Shown: piece after piece, positions 11,916-24,153 of the stretch | Numbering within the stretch: position 1 is the stretch's first letter | Layout: the number at the start of each line of letters is the position of its first letter | Assembly: GCA_951406725.2 (NCBI GenBank) | Contig: OX597815.1 | Location: forward strand, 15,190,001 to 15,254,000 | Direction of reading: 5' to 3' | From: Octopus vulgaris | Lineage: Eukaryota | DNA length: 64,000 nt | Made by a program: the position numbers and the translations under genes | The notes under the pieces: generated by a model | Told to the model about the DNA's origin: nothing | The model's database searches: none | The model's input: the letters and a program-made list of their open reading frames with translations, nothing else

Positions 11916-12608
11916 GTATGTGTGTGTGTATGTATGTATGTATGTATGTATGTATGTATGTGTGTATGTATGTATGTATGTATGTATGTGTGTATGTATG
12001 TATGTATGTATGTATGTATGTGTGTGTGTATGTATGTATGTGTGTATGTGTGTATGTATGTATGTATGTATGTATGTATGTATGTATGTATGTATGTATG
12101 TATGTATGTATGTATGTATGTGTGTATGTATGTATGTATGTATGTGTGTATGTATGTGTGTGTATGTATGTATGTGTGTGTATGTATGTATGTGTGTATG
12201 TATGTATGTATGTATGTGTGTGTATGTATGTATGTATGTATGTATGTATGTATGTGTGTGTGTATGTATGTGTGTGTGTATGTATGTATGTATGTATGTA
12301 TGTATGTATGTATGCATGCATGTATGTATGTATGTATGTATGTATGTGTGTATGTATGTATGTGTGTATGTATGTATGTATGTATGTGTGTATGTATGTG
12401 TGTGTGTATGTATGTATGTGTGTGTATGTATGTATGTATGTGTGTATGTATGTATGTATGTATGTATGTATGTATGTATGTGTGTATGTATGTATGTACG
12501 TACGTATGTATGTGTATGTATGTATGTATGTATGTATGTATATATGTATGTGTGTATGTATGTATGTATGTATGTATGTATGTGTGTGTATGTATGTATG
12601 TATGTATG

Positions 12609-12641
<33 letters not shown>

Positions 12642-12667
12642 GTGTATGTATGTATGTATGTATGTAT
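11900..12667. repeat. (TATG)n microsatellite, about 770 bp
   Basis: Seen directly; explains the long YIHT and MYVC ORFs. Confidence 0.98.
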
Positions 12668-12828
12668 ACATATGCATTCATATATGTATACAAATACACA
12701 CATACGTAAATATATACATTCATAAGCATATGTATATGTGTTTGATAAATGTCTGTGAATGTGTACACATATAAATGTATGTTCGTGTGTGTAGATTTAC
12801 ACACACGCATACACACACACACACACAC

Positions 12829-13071
12829 ACTCTCTCTCTCACCCTATCTCTCTCTCCGTCTCCCTCTCTCTCTCTCTCACCCTATCCCTCTCTCTCCGTC
12901 TCCCTCTCTCTCTCACTCCATCTCTGTCTCACTCTATCTCTCTCTCACTCTATCTCTCTCTCCGTCTCCCTCTCTCTCTCACCCTATCTCTCTCTCCGTC
13001 TCCCTCTCTCTCTCACCCTATCCCTCTCTCTCCGTCTCCCTCTCTCTCTCTCACTCCATCTCTGTCTCCGT

Positions 13072-13146
<75 letters not shown>

Positions 13147-13155
13147 CTCTCTCAC
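12829..13155. repeat. CT-rich minisatellite and (CT)n
   Basis: Repeated ctcaccctatc...ctccgtctccctctctc units. Confidence 0.9.
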
Positions 13156-13373
13156 ACACTCGTCGGAAAACCTCATTGGTTATGGTTCTGCCTTAGATTA
13201 GTGGAGAGTTAACAACCAGGTAGGATTGTGGTTAGGAACGTGGGTAATGCAAGTATGTGGCTTGCTTGGAGGATGAATAGTCATGTAGGTACGCATGCTG
13301 GTAGATAGGTAGTTGTGAAGGAAGCTGCTTGTGTGCTTATGTGTGTGTGTATGTATGCATGTATGTATATATA

Positions 13374-13425
<52 letters not shown>

Positions 13426-13618
13426 AATAAAATAGAACATATGCATATATATAAACATATATGTACGTACCTACCTCTACATGTACATATACACGCATAT
13501 ATGTGTACAGGACACCAAAAAGACGTCGAACACATAGAGAGACGAAAAACATAGACACAAACCAAGGAACAAGACAAGCAAAAAAAAAGGAGATACAGGA
13601 CAATAAGCACAACGAAAA

Positions 13619-13683
13619 ATCCCCTTCTTCAGTCGCTAAGGTTTCATCTACTAAACGTTTCGAAGGATAAAAGCGAGACGTAT
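13619..13683 (-). ncRNA. Non-circularly permuted hammerhead-like motif, core intact
   Basis: acGTC-tcgct-ttt-atcctt-c-GAAA-cgt...agcga-CTGAAGA-a-ggggat. Confidence 0.65.
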
Positions 13684-13776
13684 ACTTCGAAGAAAACTTC
13701 CTTCCTGCGAAAAGCAAATCAATTAAAATTCTGAGATCTTTTCGCAGAGGGGTAAAAAAAGCAAGACGGTAACGAC

Positions 13777-13834
<58 letters not shown>

Positions 13835-14023
13835 TAATGAAGGTGGCTAGACGCAATATAAAACCAAAAAGAAGAATTCATTTGTCACTATTAGAGAACT
13901 GAGGGTGCATTGTAGCACCTACATTGCGCTAAATAAGAGTCAAGGACCCTTATCGCCACAAACATAGCACAGGGGAGTTAACCACCCCACAAGGGTCACT
14001 ATATATTTATATATGTATGCATG

Positions 14024-14157
<134 letters not shown>

Positions 14158-14210
14158 ACAGAACATCCAGACAGACAATATAAAGAAAACGAGGACGGGT
14201 TATTCGGAGT

Positions 14211-14275
14211 TTTCTTTCCTCAGTCGAATTCCAGACTATCTTTGCAATTTCGGCTGCTTACACTCGAGATTGCTA
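14211..14275 (-). ncRNA. Non-circularly permuted hammerhead-like motif (stem II not formed)
   Basis: gcaATC-tcgagt-gtaagcagcc-GAAA-ttgc...attcga-CTGAGGA. Confidence 0.55.
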
Positions 14276-14769
14276 CAATATGGTCAACCCCAAGGTAAAA
14301 CTAAAAAAAGAGCACTAGATACCTTGGAAGAAAGCAGCGAATGTATACGAAAACAGGGACGGAAAAGAAAAAGAACAGAGAAATGGTGCATAAATACACC
14401 TAACAGGGCATTAACAACGGGTGTCTTTCGACTAAGGACGAATTAAATTAAGCTGGCGTGAGTGGAAGTAAAGCCTTATGGCAGGGACATAAGATTTGTC
14501 AAGCACAAGGAGGAATATAGATGTTGCACGGACGGTAGTCGAACCAAGAAAGAAAGGTCAGGCTTGGCTGAACACCGGTCACATGGGAAGAGAAGAGAGA
14601 GAAGTAGAGGCAGAGCGATAGAAGAATTAAGGAGGGGCGAGAGAAAATGAAAGAAGAGGGAAAGTGAGCATGAAGAGGAGGCCAGGAAATGTGATAGAGG
14701 GGGAACGAAAGAACGAAGAGTGGAGAATGAACGAAGTGTGAAAGGGCTGATAGAAAGAAGGAAAGAATG

Positions 14770-15850
14770 AAAGAAGGTAGGTGGGTGCATCCGGTATGTA
14801 GTTTGTTGGGTAGGTAGGTATATAGGTGAGTTGGTATGTTTGAGGTGGCTTAATATATGTGAGGGCAAACAGTAGCTACATGGCTTAATAACAAGTGTTA
14901 AGGCAGATAGGTGGGTAAAATATATAGGTAGAGGGATGAGAATGTTGGTAGATATGTAGGAAGGTGGGTAGATGGCTATTAATTAGGGAGGTTAAAAAGG
15001 ATAGATGGGTAGTGGGTAGAGAGTATGTTGGTAAGGAGGTATATATCTATTTGGATGGGTATATAGGCGAAATGTAGGTGGGGGTGTTTGAAAGTGGGTA
15101 GGTAAGTATATAAGTAGTTTCTAGATATGTAATTAGATAGGTAGCAAGATGTGTAGATAGGTAGGTTTGTAGGTTTGCGTATGGGTAAGTAGCTAGGGAG
15201 GTAGATAGGAACGAGGGTACATTTGTGAGAAGATGGGTAGATTGCCATTTATTTAAGGCGGTGTGTAGTTATGTGGTGAGGTAGGAAAGTGAGCTGCCAG
15301 GCAGACAGTTATATGGGTTGTTATATATGTAGTTAAGGAAGTATATGTAGGTAAGTAAATTGGTGGGTTGATTGATAGCTGGTTAGGAATCGAAAGATGG
15401 GTATGTGGGTGGGTAGGTAGGTAGGTAGGTAGGTAGGTACGTACGTAGGTAGGTATGTAGGTAGGTAGGTAGGTAGGTAGGTAGGTAGGTAGGTAGGTAG
15501 GTAGGTAGGTAGGTAGGTAGGTAGGTAGGTAGGTAGGTAGGTAGGTAGTAAAAAGGTGACAGGGTGGGCAGGTGGTTCGGAAAGTGGGTAACTTGGAAAG
15601 AAGTACTGTAGATGGATAAGTTAGTAGGTTGGAAGGTTGGTAGTAACGTAGGTAGCTAGTTAGGTACGTGTAGATAGGTTCATAGGTGTATAGCTAGGCT
15701 GGTAAATCGAAAGGTGGTTGGTTTCATTGATCGGTATGTATGTAGGTAAGTAAGAAGTTTGGTAGGTAGATAGAATGATAGAGGTAGGTATTTAATTAGG
15801 ATAGGTAGGTGGGTCAGTAGATAGGTAGGAAGGTCGGTATGTAGGTAGAT
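14770..15850. repeat. Degenerate and perfect (TAGG)n tract
   Basis: Near-perfect (TAGG)n at 15410-15548 within G-rich degenerate flanks. Confidence 0.9.
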
Positions 15851-16322
15851 AGGCAGAGTTGTTAGAACGCCGGGCGAAATGCGTAACCGTATTTCGTCTG
15901 CCGCTACGTTCTGAGTTCAAATTCCGCCGAAGTCGACTTTGCCTTTCATCCTTTCGAGGTCGATTAAATAAGTACCAGTTACGCGCTGGGGTCGAAGTAA
16001 TCGACTTAATACCTATGTCTGTCCTTGTTTGTCCTCTCCGTGTTTAGCCCTTTGTGGGTAATAAAGAAATATGTATGTATGTAGGAAAGGCGGCGAGCTG
16101 GCAGAAACGTTAGCACGGCAGGCGATAATGCTTATCTGTATTTCGTCTGCCGCTACGTTCTGAGTTCAAATTCCGCCGAGGTCGACTTTGCCTTTCATCC
16201 TTTCGGAGTCGATAAATTAAGTACCAGTTACGCACTGGGGTCGATAATAATCGACTTAATCCGTTTGTCTGTCCTTGTTTGTCCTCTCCGTGTTTAGCCC
16301 CTTGTGGGTAGTAAAGAAATAG
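15850..16322 (+). mobile_element. Two consecutive SINE family A copies
   Basis: 15850-16070 and 16088-16322, each with its own head. Confidence 0.9.
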
Positions 16323-16953
16323 GTATGTATGTATGTAGGTAAGTTTGGTAGGTAGGTAGATAGAATGATAGAGGTAGGTATTTAATTAGGGTAGTAGGTG
16401 GGTAAGTAGATAGGTAGATAGGTAGGTAGGTAGGTAGGTAGGTAGGTAGGAAGGTGGGCAAGTAGAGGTTCCTATTATTCTCTCATTTGATAGTTAGAAT
16501 TACTGGCTATTTATATCATCACGCACGCTTATATCAGCAACAACACAAACATAAGCCACGAACTCAAATGTATTTCAGTTTACCATTTCCTAAATCTACT
16601 TCATAGTGCTAGCTAAAAATAAATGCTACAAGGTGCCAAAAGCATATGTAGCAGAGATATATCAATTTCGAAAGGAAGAATGTTTTCTGTGTGTGTGTGT
16701 GCGCGTGCAACGTAAGCGGATGGAGTCGATCAGACGCCATAGTGAAAAAAAAAAAATTCACTTACGCTACTTGTCGGTATTGAACCTAGACCCTTATGAT
16801 TATGAAGCGAGCTTCTAATCTCTCGGCCATAGGAGGATTCGCTGAGGCAATAGAACGTTTGTGTATGTCTGTGTGCTTGTGTGTGTATATACGTGTGTGT
16901 GTGTGTGTGTGTGTATGTGTGATTGTGTATGTATGTGTGTGTGTGTGTGTGTA

Positions 16954-16987
<34 letters not shown>

Positions 16988-17809
16988 ATTCAAATACGCT
17001 CAGATGAAGTAGTTACATCGACGGGAATAGTTGCGAATGTAGGACATGGATTGATTTTAAAGTGTAGTATCTCTGCTAACACACATATACATAAATACAC
17101 ACACTCGCAAACATATACGACACTTATTTACACACACTTGCACTTTTACATACATTAATGCATACCCTCACACATATATGTACACACTCACACATGTATT
17201 TTACTCACGCTTATTTGTACACACACACACATGAAAATGGTAGTTCAGAGTATGTAATATATGCCTAAGCTTATTGACACCCACCCAAACATCTTCCAAG
17301 TTTTGGGGGATTGGTCTTAGAGGTCAGAATGGTGTGAGTGAACCACGAAAGACTAGCCGTGAAGCAAAAAAATCCTTTGAGTTCCATATTTCTCTTCCTT
17401 CCCCCCACCCAACCAACCTCCCACACTGTCCCTTAAAATAGCAAACGACCCTTAGCTTCACACAAAATAAAAACTGCTAAAACAGGTCAGATCATCTCAA
17501 ATTCTTTGTAAACTCCTAAATATATCTTTTTCTGTGTGTATATATATATATATACTACCAAATATGACTTTTAAAACTCCTAATACTTTTCTGTGTATGT
17601 ATACAGACACTTCCAAACAAACATGATTTTTAATGAACTAATATTTTTATTGAACTTTTTGTCTAATATTTTCTCAGATATTTCCTTGTAAATTCTTTTA
17701 AACATTTTCTTCTTCTTATTATTATTATCAAAGAATGTATATATGTATTTTAATACTTTTGTGACAACCAGTACTTAACACAACAAAGCTTATACAAAGC
17801 TTTACATTT

Positions 17810-17853
17810 TACTTTTGACAATATTTTTCTAAAAAAGTGAAACCGGTCAAGTG
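17810..17853 (+). ncRNA. Degenerate type I hammerhead-like motif
   Basis: tactt-TTGACAA-(stem II)-GAAA-ccgg-TC-aagtg; CUGANGA carries two changes. Confidence 0.5.
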
Positions 17854-17892
17854 AATAAACATCTTTAAAATTGCATTTTCAAACCTTCTTTC

Positions 17893-17991
<99 letters not shown>

Positions 17992-18381
17992 GGCATTGTA
18001 AATAAAATAAGAGACGGTCCGCAGCGTTGCATTAAATAAAAATACACGGAGCGAAATTACGTTGATCCTTTGGACGATAACTGACGAGCATTTGGTAACC
18101 TGAGTATGCTTTCCTTTTATTTGTTCTTATATATATATATTATGCGTTGTTTTAACTTTTTCACACATACACATATGAGAGGTTCTGGCGTCCAGATGAT
18201 CCACGATGGCAGGTAAGTCTGTGTAAGCGTTACGGAAGGACCGTAGTTAGACTCCCGATTCGATAATAGTATGAGTGAGTAGTCTAATGCAGGTCGTGTG
18301 TGAGTATGTATATGTTAAATAAAATGAGACAACATGGCCAGGCAGTGTGAAATTTCTATGATATTTCTAAAGCGAAAGTTA

Positions 18382-18429
18382 GTCTTACAGCTGTTTCAAG
18401 GATATGAGGCCTATCTCTTTATCCGAGAC
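18382..18429 (-). ncRNA. Degenerate type I hammerhead-like motif
   Basis: gtct-CGGATAA-agagatag gcct catatcctt-GAAA-cagctg-TA-agac. Confidence 0.5.
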
Positions 18430-19124
18430 GATATGAGAGAGTTAAATAGAGGAAAATACTAGAGTTCAATATATAGGTTATTTTGGAAAAGGGAAGATAT
18501 AGGAGGTATACAGAGAAATAAGAGAATAAAAATATATGTTGAATGTCACAGTTGTAGTTCCATTATGTAAGGAAAGTGCTGTGTAGGATGGGAAAAATGA
18601 CTTCTTGCCCGTGGTATGTAAATTCCGATAGGAGTTCATATTTTATTATCACAAATGGATAGTGTGGAGACATTAATTACATGTGCTGTTCATTGAAAGG
18701 GGTCTTGTAGTGTGAATGAAATTTTGAGAAAGTACTGGTAGGAGTAAGTAGATAGAGAGAAGACAATACATGTGTATGTTAGGAGGAGAACGGTATTGGT
18801 GAAAAGGAGTAGGGGAGGAAAGAAGAAAGATACAAAGAAAGAAAGAAAGAAAGAAAGAATGTAAAAAAAGAAAGCGGAAAAGAAAATGAAAAAAGGAGTG
18901 CTAGATGGTGGTCAAGATATTGTGAGGGGGTGGGACAGGAGAGCTATCAGTAGATAAAAGGAATAGGGGAAGCGATAAAAGTAAGAGATAAGAACGTAAA
19001 GAAGGAATGTGTTAGAAGTGGGCGGTGAGGTGATATGTTTGAAAGGCACCAAGGTAAAAAAAATAGTACGGAGATGTACTAAAAGTGAATAGTAAACCTC
19101 AAAAAGATATAATGGTCAAGTTTA

Positions 19125-19392
19125 TAAGAATGGTTGTGTGGTAAGCCAAATGGCTCCAGGTTCAGTCCCACTGCGTGGAACCTTGGGCAAGTGTTTTCTA
19201 CTATAGCCTCGGGCCAACCAAAGCGTTGTGAGTGGATTTGGCAAACGGAAACTGAAAGAAGCCCGTCCTATATATACATATATATGTGTGTGTGTGTGTG
19301 TGTATATTTCTGTCTGTGTTTGTCCCACCACCATCGCTTGACACCTTGACACCCGATGTTGGTATGTTTACGTCCCCGTAACTTAGCGGTTA
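19125..19392 (+). mobile_element. SINE family B, 3'-truncated
   Basis: Head, CORE-like segment and internal microsatellite are present. Confidence 0.85.
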
Positions 19393-19546
19393 CGTTGTTG
19401 GAGATTGCCCATGTACTGTGTGGTGATTTAGGTTGTATTTAGATCCGTGGTAAAATTTGAATGTATGAAAAAAGCGATGGCTGAAATGAATTTGACTTTT
19501 AGAGTCCCCTAACAGCGTGTGGCTTTACTTATTGAAACAGCCCTTG

Positions 19547-19603
<57 letters not shown>

Positions 19604-19699
19604 CGGGAAAGTTTACGAAAATAAACAAAAGACGAAGGCAGGTGGAGTACAAACAAACAAATGTATTAGTATAGTGCTCAGGAATAGAAATAGAGAAAG

Positions 19700-19737
19700 T
19701 CTTTTATGTTTCGAGCCCACGCTCTTCGGCGGAAAGA
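19700..19737 (-). ncRNA. Degenerate minimal type I hammerhead-like motif
   Basis: tcttt-CCGCCGA-a-gagc gtgg gctc-GAAA-ca-TA-aaaga. Confidence 0.5.
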
Positions 19738-19856
19738 TACACAGAAAAAAACAAGGAGAGAAACATGGAGAGAAAAAAAAAGGAGAGAAATATATACATA
19801 CATACATACATACATATATACATCGGGCTAAAACATTTTAAAGGATTTTAAGGATT

Positions 19857-19898
<42 letters not shown>

Positions 19899-20240
19899 CA
19901 TACATACATACATACATACATACATACATACATACATACATACATGCATACATACATACATACATATACACTTATAGATATATGCAAATATATGTATATC
20001 TATGCATGTATAAGGTGGCCAACGATGTGACATTTTCTAAAATTTGTTCCTTTTATTTCTATATGGGAACATCAAAAGCATTGTATGCAGCCTCGCAACA
20101 GACAGACAGTAGTAAAAGTTACTGATTAGAAAATAATACACACTTGAAGTAATTATGCAAATTAGTTAGGTACTCTGAAAATAAATATTCTCCGAGAAAG
20201 GCTCTCAGCATTATGTAAAGTAAATTTACGCAGAATACAG

Positions 20241-20271
<31 letters not shown>

Positions 20272-20324
20272 TGTATGTATGTATGTATGTATGTATGTAT
20301 GTATGTATGTATGTATGTATGTGT

Positions 20325-20372
<48 letters not shown>

Positions 20373-20520
20373 ATGTATGTATGTATGTATGTATGTATGT
20401 ATGTATGTATGTATGTATGTATGTACGTATGTATGTATGTACGTATGTATGTATGTATGTAAGTGTGTATGTATGTATGTATGTATGTATGTATGTATGT
20501 ATGTATATATGTATGTATGT

Positions 20521-20757
20521 ATGTGCAGATTTGTATGTTTTATGTATGTATTCTCATGCATATAGTTGCATATCTGGACATGCTCATATATATTTAAATG
20601 ATAAACTTCTGGAAAGTTTTACATATTTTTACAGTTCCAGTGATGGATTGCATCTGTAGTCTTCGAATTAGCTTTCTCCTTTCTCGTTTTGAGAAGTCTA
20701 TTTTCTCAAGATTTATATTTAGGCAGTGTGTTACATATCCCAAGGCCCCAATAAAGT
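20521..20757 (-). mobile_element. 3' fragment of an RLE-type (R4/R2-group) non-LTR retrotransposon inside (TATG)n
   Basis: GALGYVTHCLNINLEKIDFSKRERRKLIRRLQMQSITGTVKICKTFQKFII*; homologous to 42897-43167. Confidence 0.7.
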
Positions 20758-20764
20758 ATGTATG

Positions 20765-20798
<34 letters not shown>

Positions 20799-20907
20799 TG
20801 TATGTATGTATGTATGTATGTATGTATGTATGTATGTATGCATGTATCATGTATGTATATATGTATGTATTTATGTACGTATGTAAGAATGTATGTATAT
20901 ATATATA

Positions 20908-21598
20908 TCTACTACATATATGGGAAATTCTATCTGTGGCTGTGTTTGCGAAGTTGTTAGCAAACTCCTCCTACATCGTTTTATCGATTTTGATGAAATT
21001 TCACACGTGAGTAGAACTCATATCTAGAAATCTCATGGCATACTCAGATTCTTGAAAAAAAAATCGATAATAGGGCCCCTGGAAGGGATCCTTATACATA
21101 ATTAATATATTTTAACAGCCAGCCCCAGCATGGCCACAGCTCATGAGCTGAAACTAGAATCAATCAATCAATCAAAGGGAAATAACCCATTCATTTTCCT
21201 AAATTATTTTGTATAAATCAAATTGAGTATGCTTATTTCTTAGTATTTAAACTGTTAGAGTTATTTTCGCAATTTATCCAGTACAACCCTTAAACAATTA
21301 AATAGTATTTTCCCAAACAGTAGATCAAACTTATTTCGGTTAGTGACTTATTTACAAATACACCAACAATAGCGCCCCTGAGGGTAATATTCTCTGTGAA
21401 CGCACAAAAGCCCTTTTCAGAGTTATTTACTTTGAATTGTTATTATCTCATATCTGATTAGCCTGTTATTACGTAACATACTTCGCGATTTTAGTATACA
21501 TAGATTGAGTATTTGCGGTCGATAAAGTTTAAAACACTAGCGCTGCATTTAATTGTTAAGTAGCACTATGAGCCGGCAACGCTGGGTCATAGTGCTAG
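20908..21598 (+). mobile_element. Non-autonomous Helitron
   Basis: A|TC start, subterminal hairpin, CTAG|T end. Confidence 0.7.
21122..21174 (+). mobile_element. Extremely 5'-truncated copy of the CR1-group LINE
   Basis: gccccagcatggccacagctcatgagctgaaactagaatcaatcaatc matches the LINE 3' end at 61255-61309. Confidence 0.85.
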
Positions 21599-21719
21599 TG
21601 CATGCATATACAGCTGCGTGCGTGCGCACATACACGTGAGTACTTTCCAAATCTCCGACCAATCAGAGACAGCTAGTTAGCATTCAATTGTATCAAGTTA
21701 GTATCAAGTTTCGGGCATT

Positions 21720-21934
21720 TTGATTGGGTTTTGGATAGAAAATTCACAAAAAAGTCACTTCTATTGATTTTTTAATGGCTTTGCGGGGTGACTGGGGAAA
21801 TGTAAAGATGTGCACGACCACCCTTTGACGGTTTTGAATGACCATAGAAAGTGCGAGCCCTCTAACTGGAAAATTGTGGATTTGTATAAAGGACACACAC
21901 ACAGACAGACATTTTGCCGTTTATATATATTAGA
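21720..21934 (-). mobile_element. Helitron-like 5' end fragment
   Basis: Minus strand begins A|TCTAATATATATAAA followed by a (TG)-rich tract, like the other Helitron 5' ends; no 3' end found. Confidence 0.4.
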
Positions 21935-22007
21935 TGAATGTGTATGTGCGCGCGCGTGTGTTTGTGGGTGTGTGTGTATATGAGATAAATATATATATAT
22001 ATATATA

Positions 22008-22080
22008 TTCTACTATAGCCTCTGGGTGTCCAAAGCCTTTTGAGTAGATTTGGTAGATGGAAACTTAAAGAAGGCCGTCG

Positions 22081-22123
<43 letters not shown>

Positions 22124-22330
22124 TTGTGTCTGTGTTTGTCCCCCCTACCATCGCTTGACAACCGATGTTGGTGCATTTACGTCCCCGTAACTTAGCGGTT
22201 CGGCAAAAGTGACCGATAGAATAAGTACTAAGCTTACAAAGAATAACTTCGGAGTTTGATTCATTCGAGTAAAGGCGATGCTCCAGTATGGCCGCTGTCA
22301 AATGTCTGAAAAAACTAAAAGAATAAAAGA
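22008..22330 (+). mobile_element. SINE family B, 5'-truncated
   Basis: Homology to the other B copies. Confidence 0.85.
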
Positions 22331-22718
22331 ACATATAAATATAATTATTAATAGCGACACGAGCAGCATCACTACCAGAAGGTAATATCTAGTCCCACTT
22401 AAAGATGGATGTTGTGTTAGAACACCGAATACTGCGTTATTTACCCCGAGAGAACTTCTCATATGTACTTATGATGCATATAAGCGCTCTTGTTTGTACC
22501 GATAACGAGCGATAATCGTCCGCTATCGCTGCCAGACTGCCAGATCATGTGATATCAGTGGTGAGTGTGTTTGTGTGTAGCTGCGACTGTGTGTAAATTG
22601 AATAATATTTTTTCGTTGATCAGAAGCGTGGAAATTAATTCAAAGCCATAATATAATATGGCACACTAACGCTTAAATAGGTATAATTACAACATATGCA
22701 TACACACACGCGCGCACA

Positions 22719-22761
<43 letters not shown>

Positions 22762-23892
22762 TCGCACATACGTTCGCACGCACATGCACACGTACGCTCA
22801 CATTTTCTATCGAACTGTGAAAAATAATCTAATTCGACATATGCAAAATCGATATAAGCAATTTATAAACAATCGGATAGCAGTGTGGGAAAACATCTTC
22901 CCTTCATGTGATGGGTACTTTCGTTTATCAGTGTGTTTGTGTGTGTATGTATGTATGTGTGTGTATGTGTGTGTGCGTGCATGTGAGTGAACGTATGTGT
23001 ATGTGTGAGTGTATGTTATGCAATTGTATAATAATACACAAACACGCACAAACACATACGCCCAAGCACACACACACATACACACGTAGGTGTGTATGTG
23101 TGTTAAGATACAATGAAAGCGAAGTAGGTGGGAGAAAAGACGTGAGTTTTGTAGGTTTCTTGAAGCACTGTAAAATGTAAAAAAAAAAAAACATTAGAAA
23201 GCCGAGGCAATACGGTTTCTGAAAGATTAAATATAAGAAGAAAGATTAAACAGTTACCTCGTAGCTTTTGATAAATCAATATTTCCGGCGAAAATACTCT
23301 CTCAATAATTTCTGATTGAAAATTGAGATGTAGTGTGAGCATAAAGCTTTTTATCTTTATATGGTGGGTTCATTTGTTTGTAGCTAGACACACACACACA
23401 CACACACAGATACACACACATACACACACACGCATATGTAGACACACGCGCGCACACGTACACACACACATGCACAAACTCATGCACATACGCACGCACA
23501 CACACACACTCACACATACACACGGTTACGCATACCCACGCACATACACACACGGCCATACACACACATCCACAAACATGCACACGCACACACATGTTTA
23601 CACTCACACATACACACAATCACGTGCGCAAACGCTATAAGATGAACAATCGAAAGAATGTGGCACTCAGTTGATTGAGCTTGGATAGTATATAATAATA
23701 ACAGATTGATTCAGGTTCACGTTGCTTGAAGTTTCGTGAGCATAAAATACGTCTACATCATCAGATGTGCAGCGTCAGCGTAGAGAGATTTTCTTTCAAA
23801 TTTTCACCACTTTGACACCGTACGTCTGACAATGTGAACACAATCTGAGCTGATGAAACTTTAGTGGTTGTATTATTCTCTTTAGTTATGTA

Positions 23893-24112
23893 CTCTTTTA
23901 CTCTTTTTTACTTGTTTCAGTCATTTGACTGTGGCCATGCTGGAGCACCGCCTTTTAGTCGAGCAAATCGACACCGGGACTTATTCTTTTGTAAGCCTAG
24001 TACTTATTCTATCGGTCTCTTTTGCCGAACCGCTAAGTTACGGGGGACATAAACACACCAGCATGGGTTGTCAAGCAATGTTGTGGGGACAAACACTGAC
24101 ACACAAACATAT

Positions 24113-24153
<41 letters not shown>

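Noticed and set aside
11421-12828. Long ORFs of 289-427 aa
   Set aside because: Translations of (TATG)n. The same applies to the other YI, HT, VC, LS, poly-I and poly-L ORFs in the track.
13830-14000. Twister- or HDV-like ribozyme in a short inter-microsatellite island (also 41465-41580)
   Set aside because: Hairpins are present but the required conserved cores and pseudoknots could not be assembled.
16770-16842. Minus-strand exon with AG and GTAAGT boundaries
   Set aside because: The interior looks like a decayed tRNA-derived SINE head.
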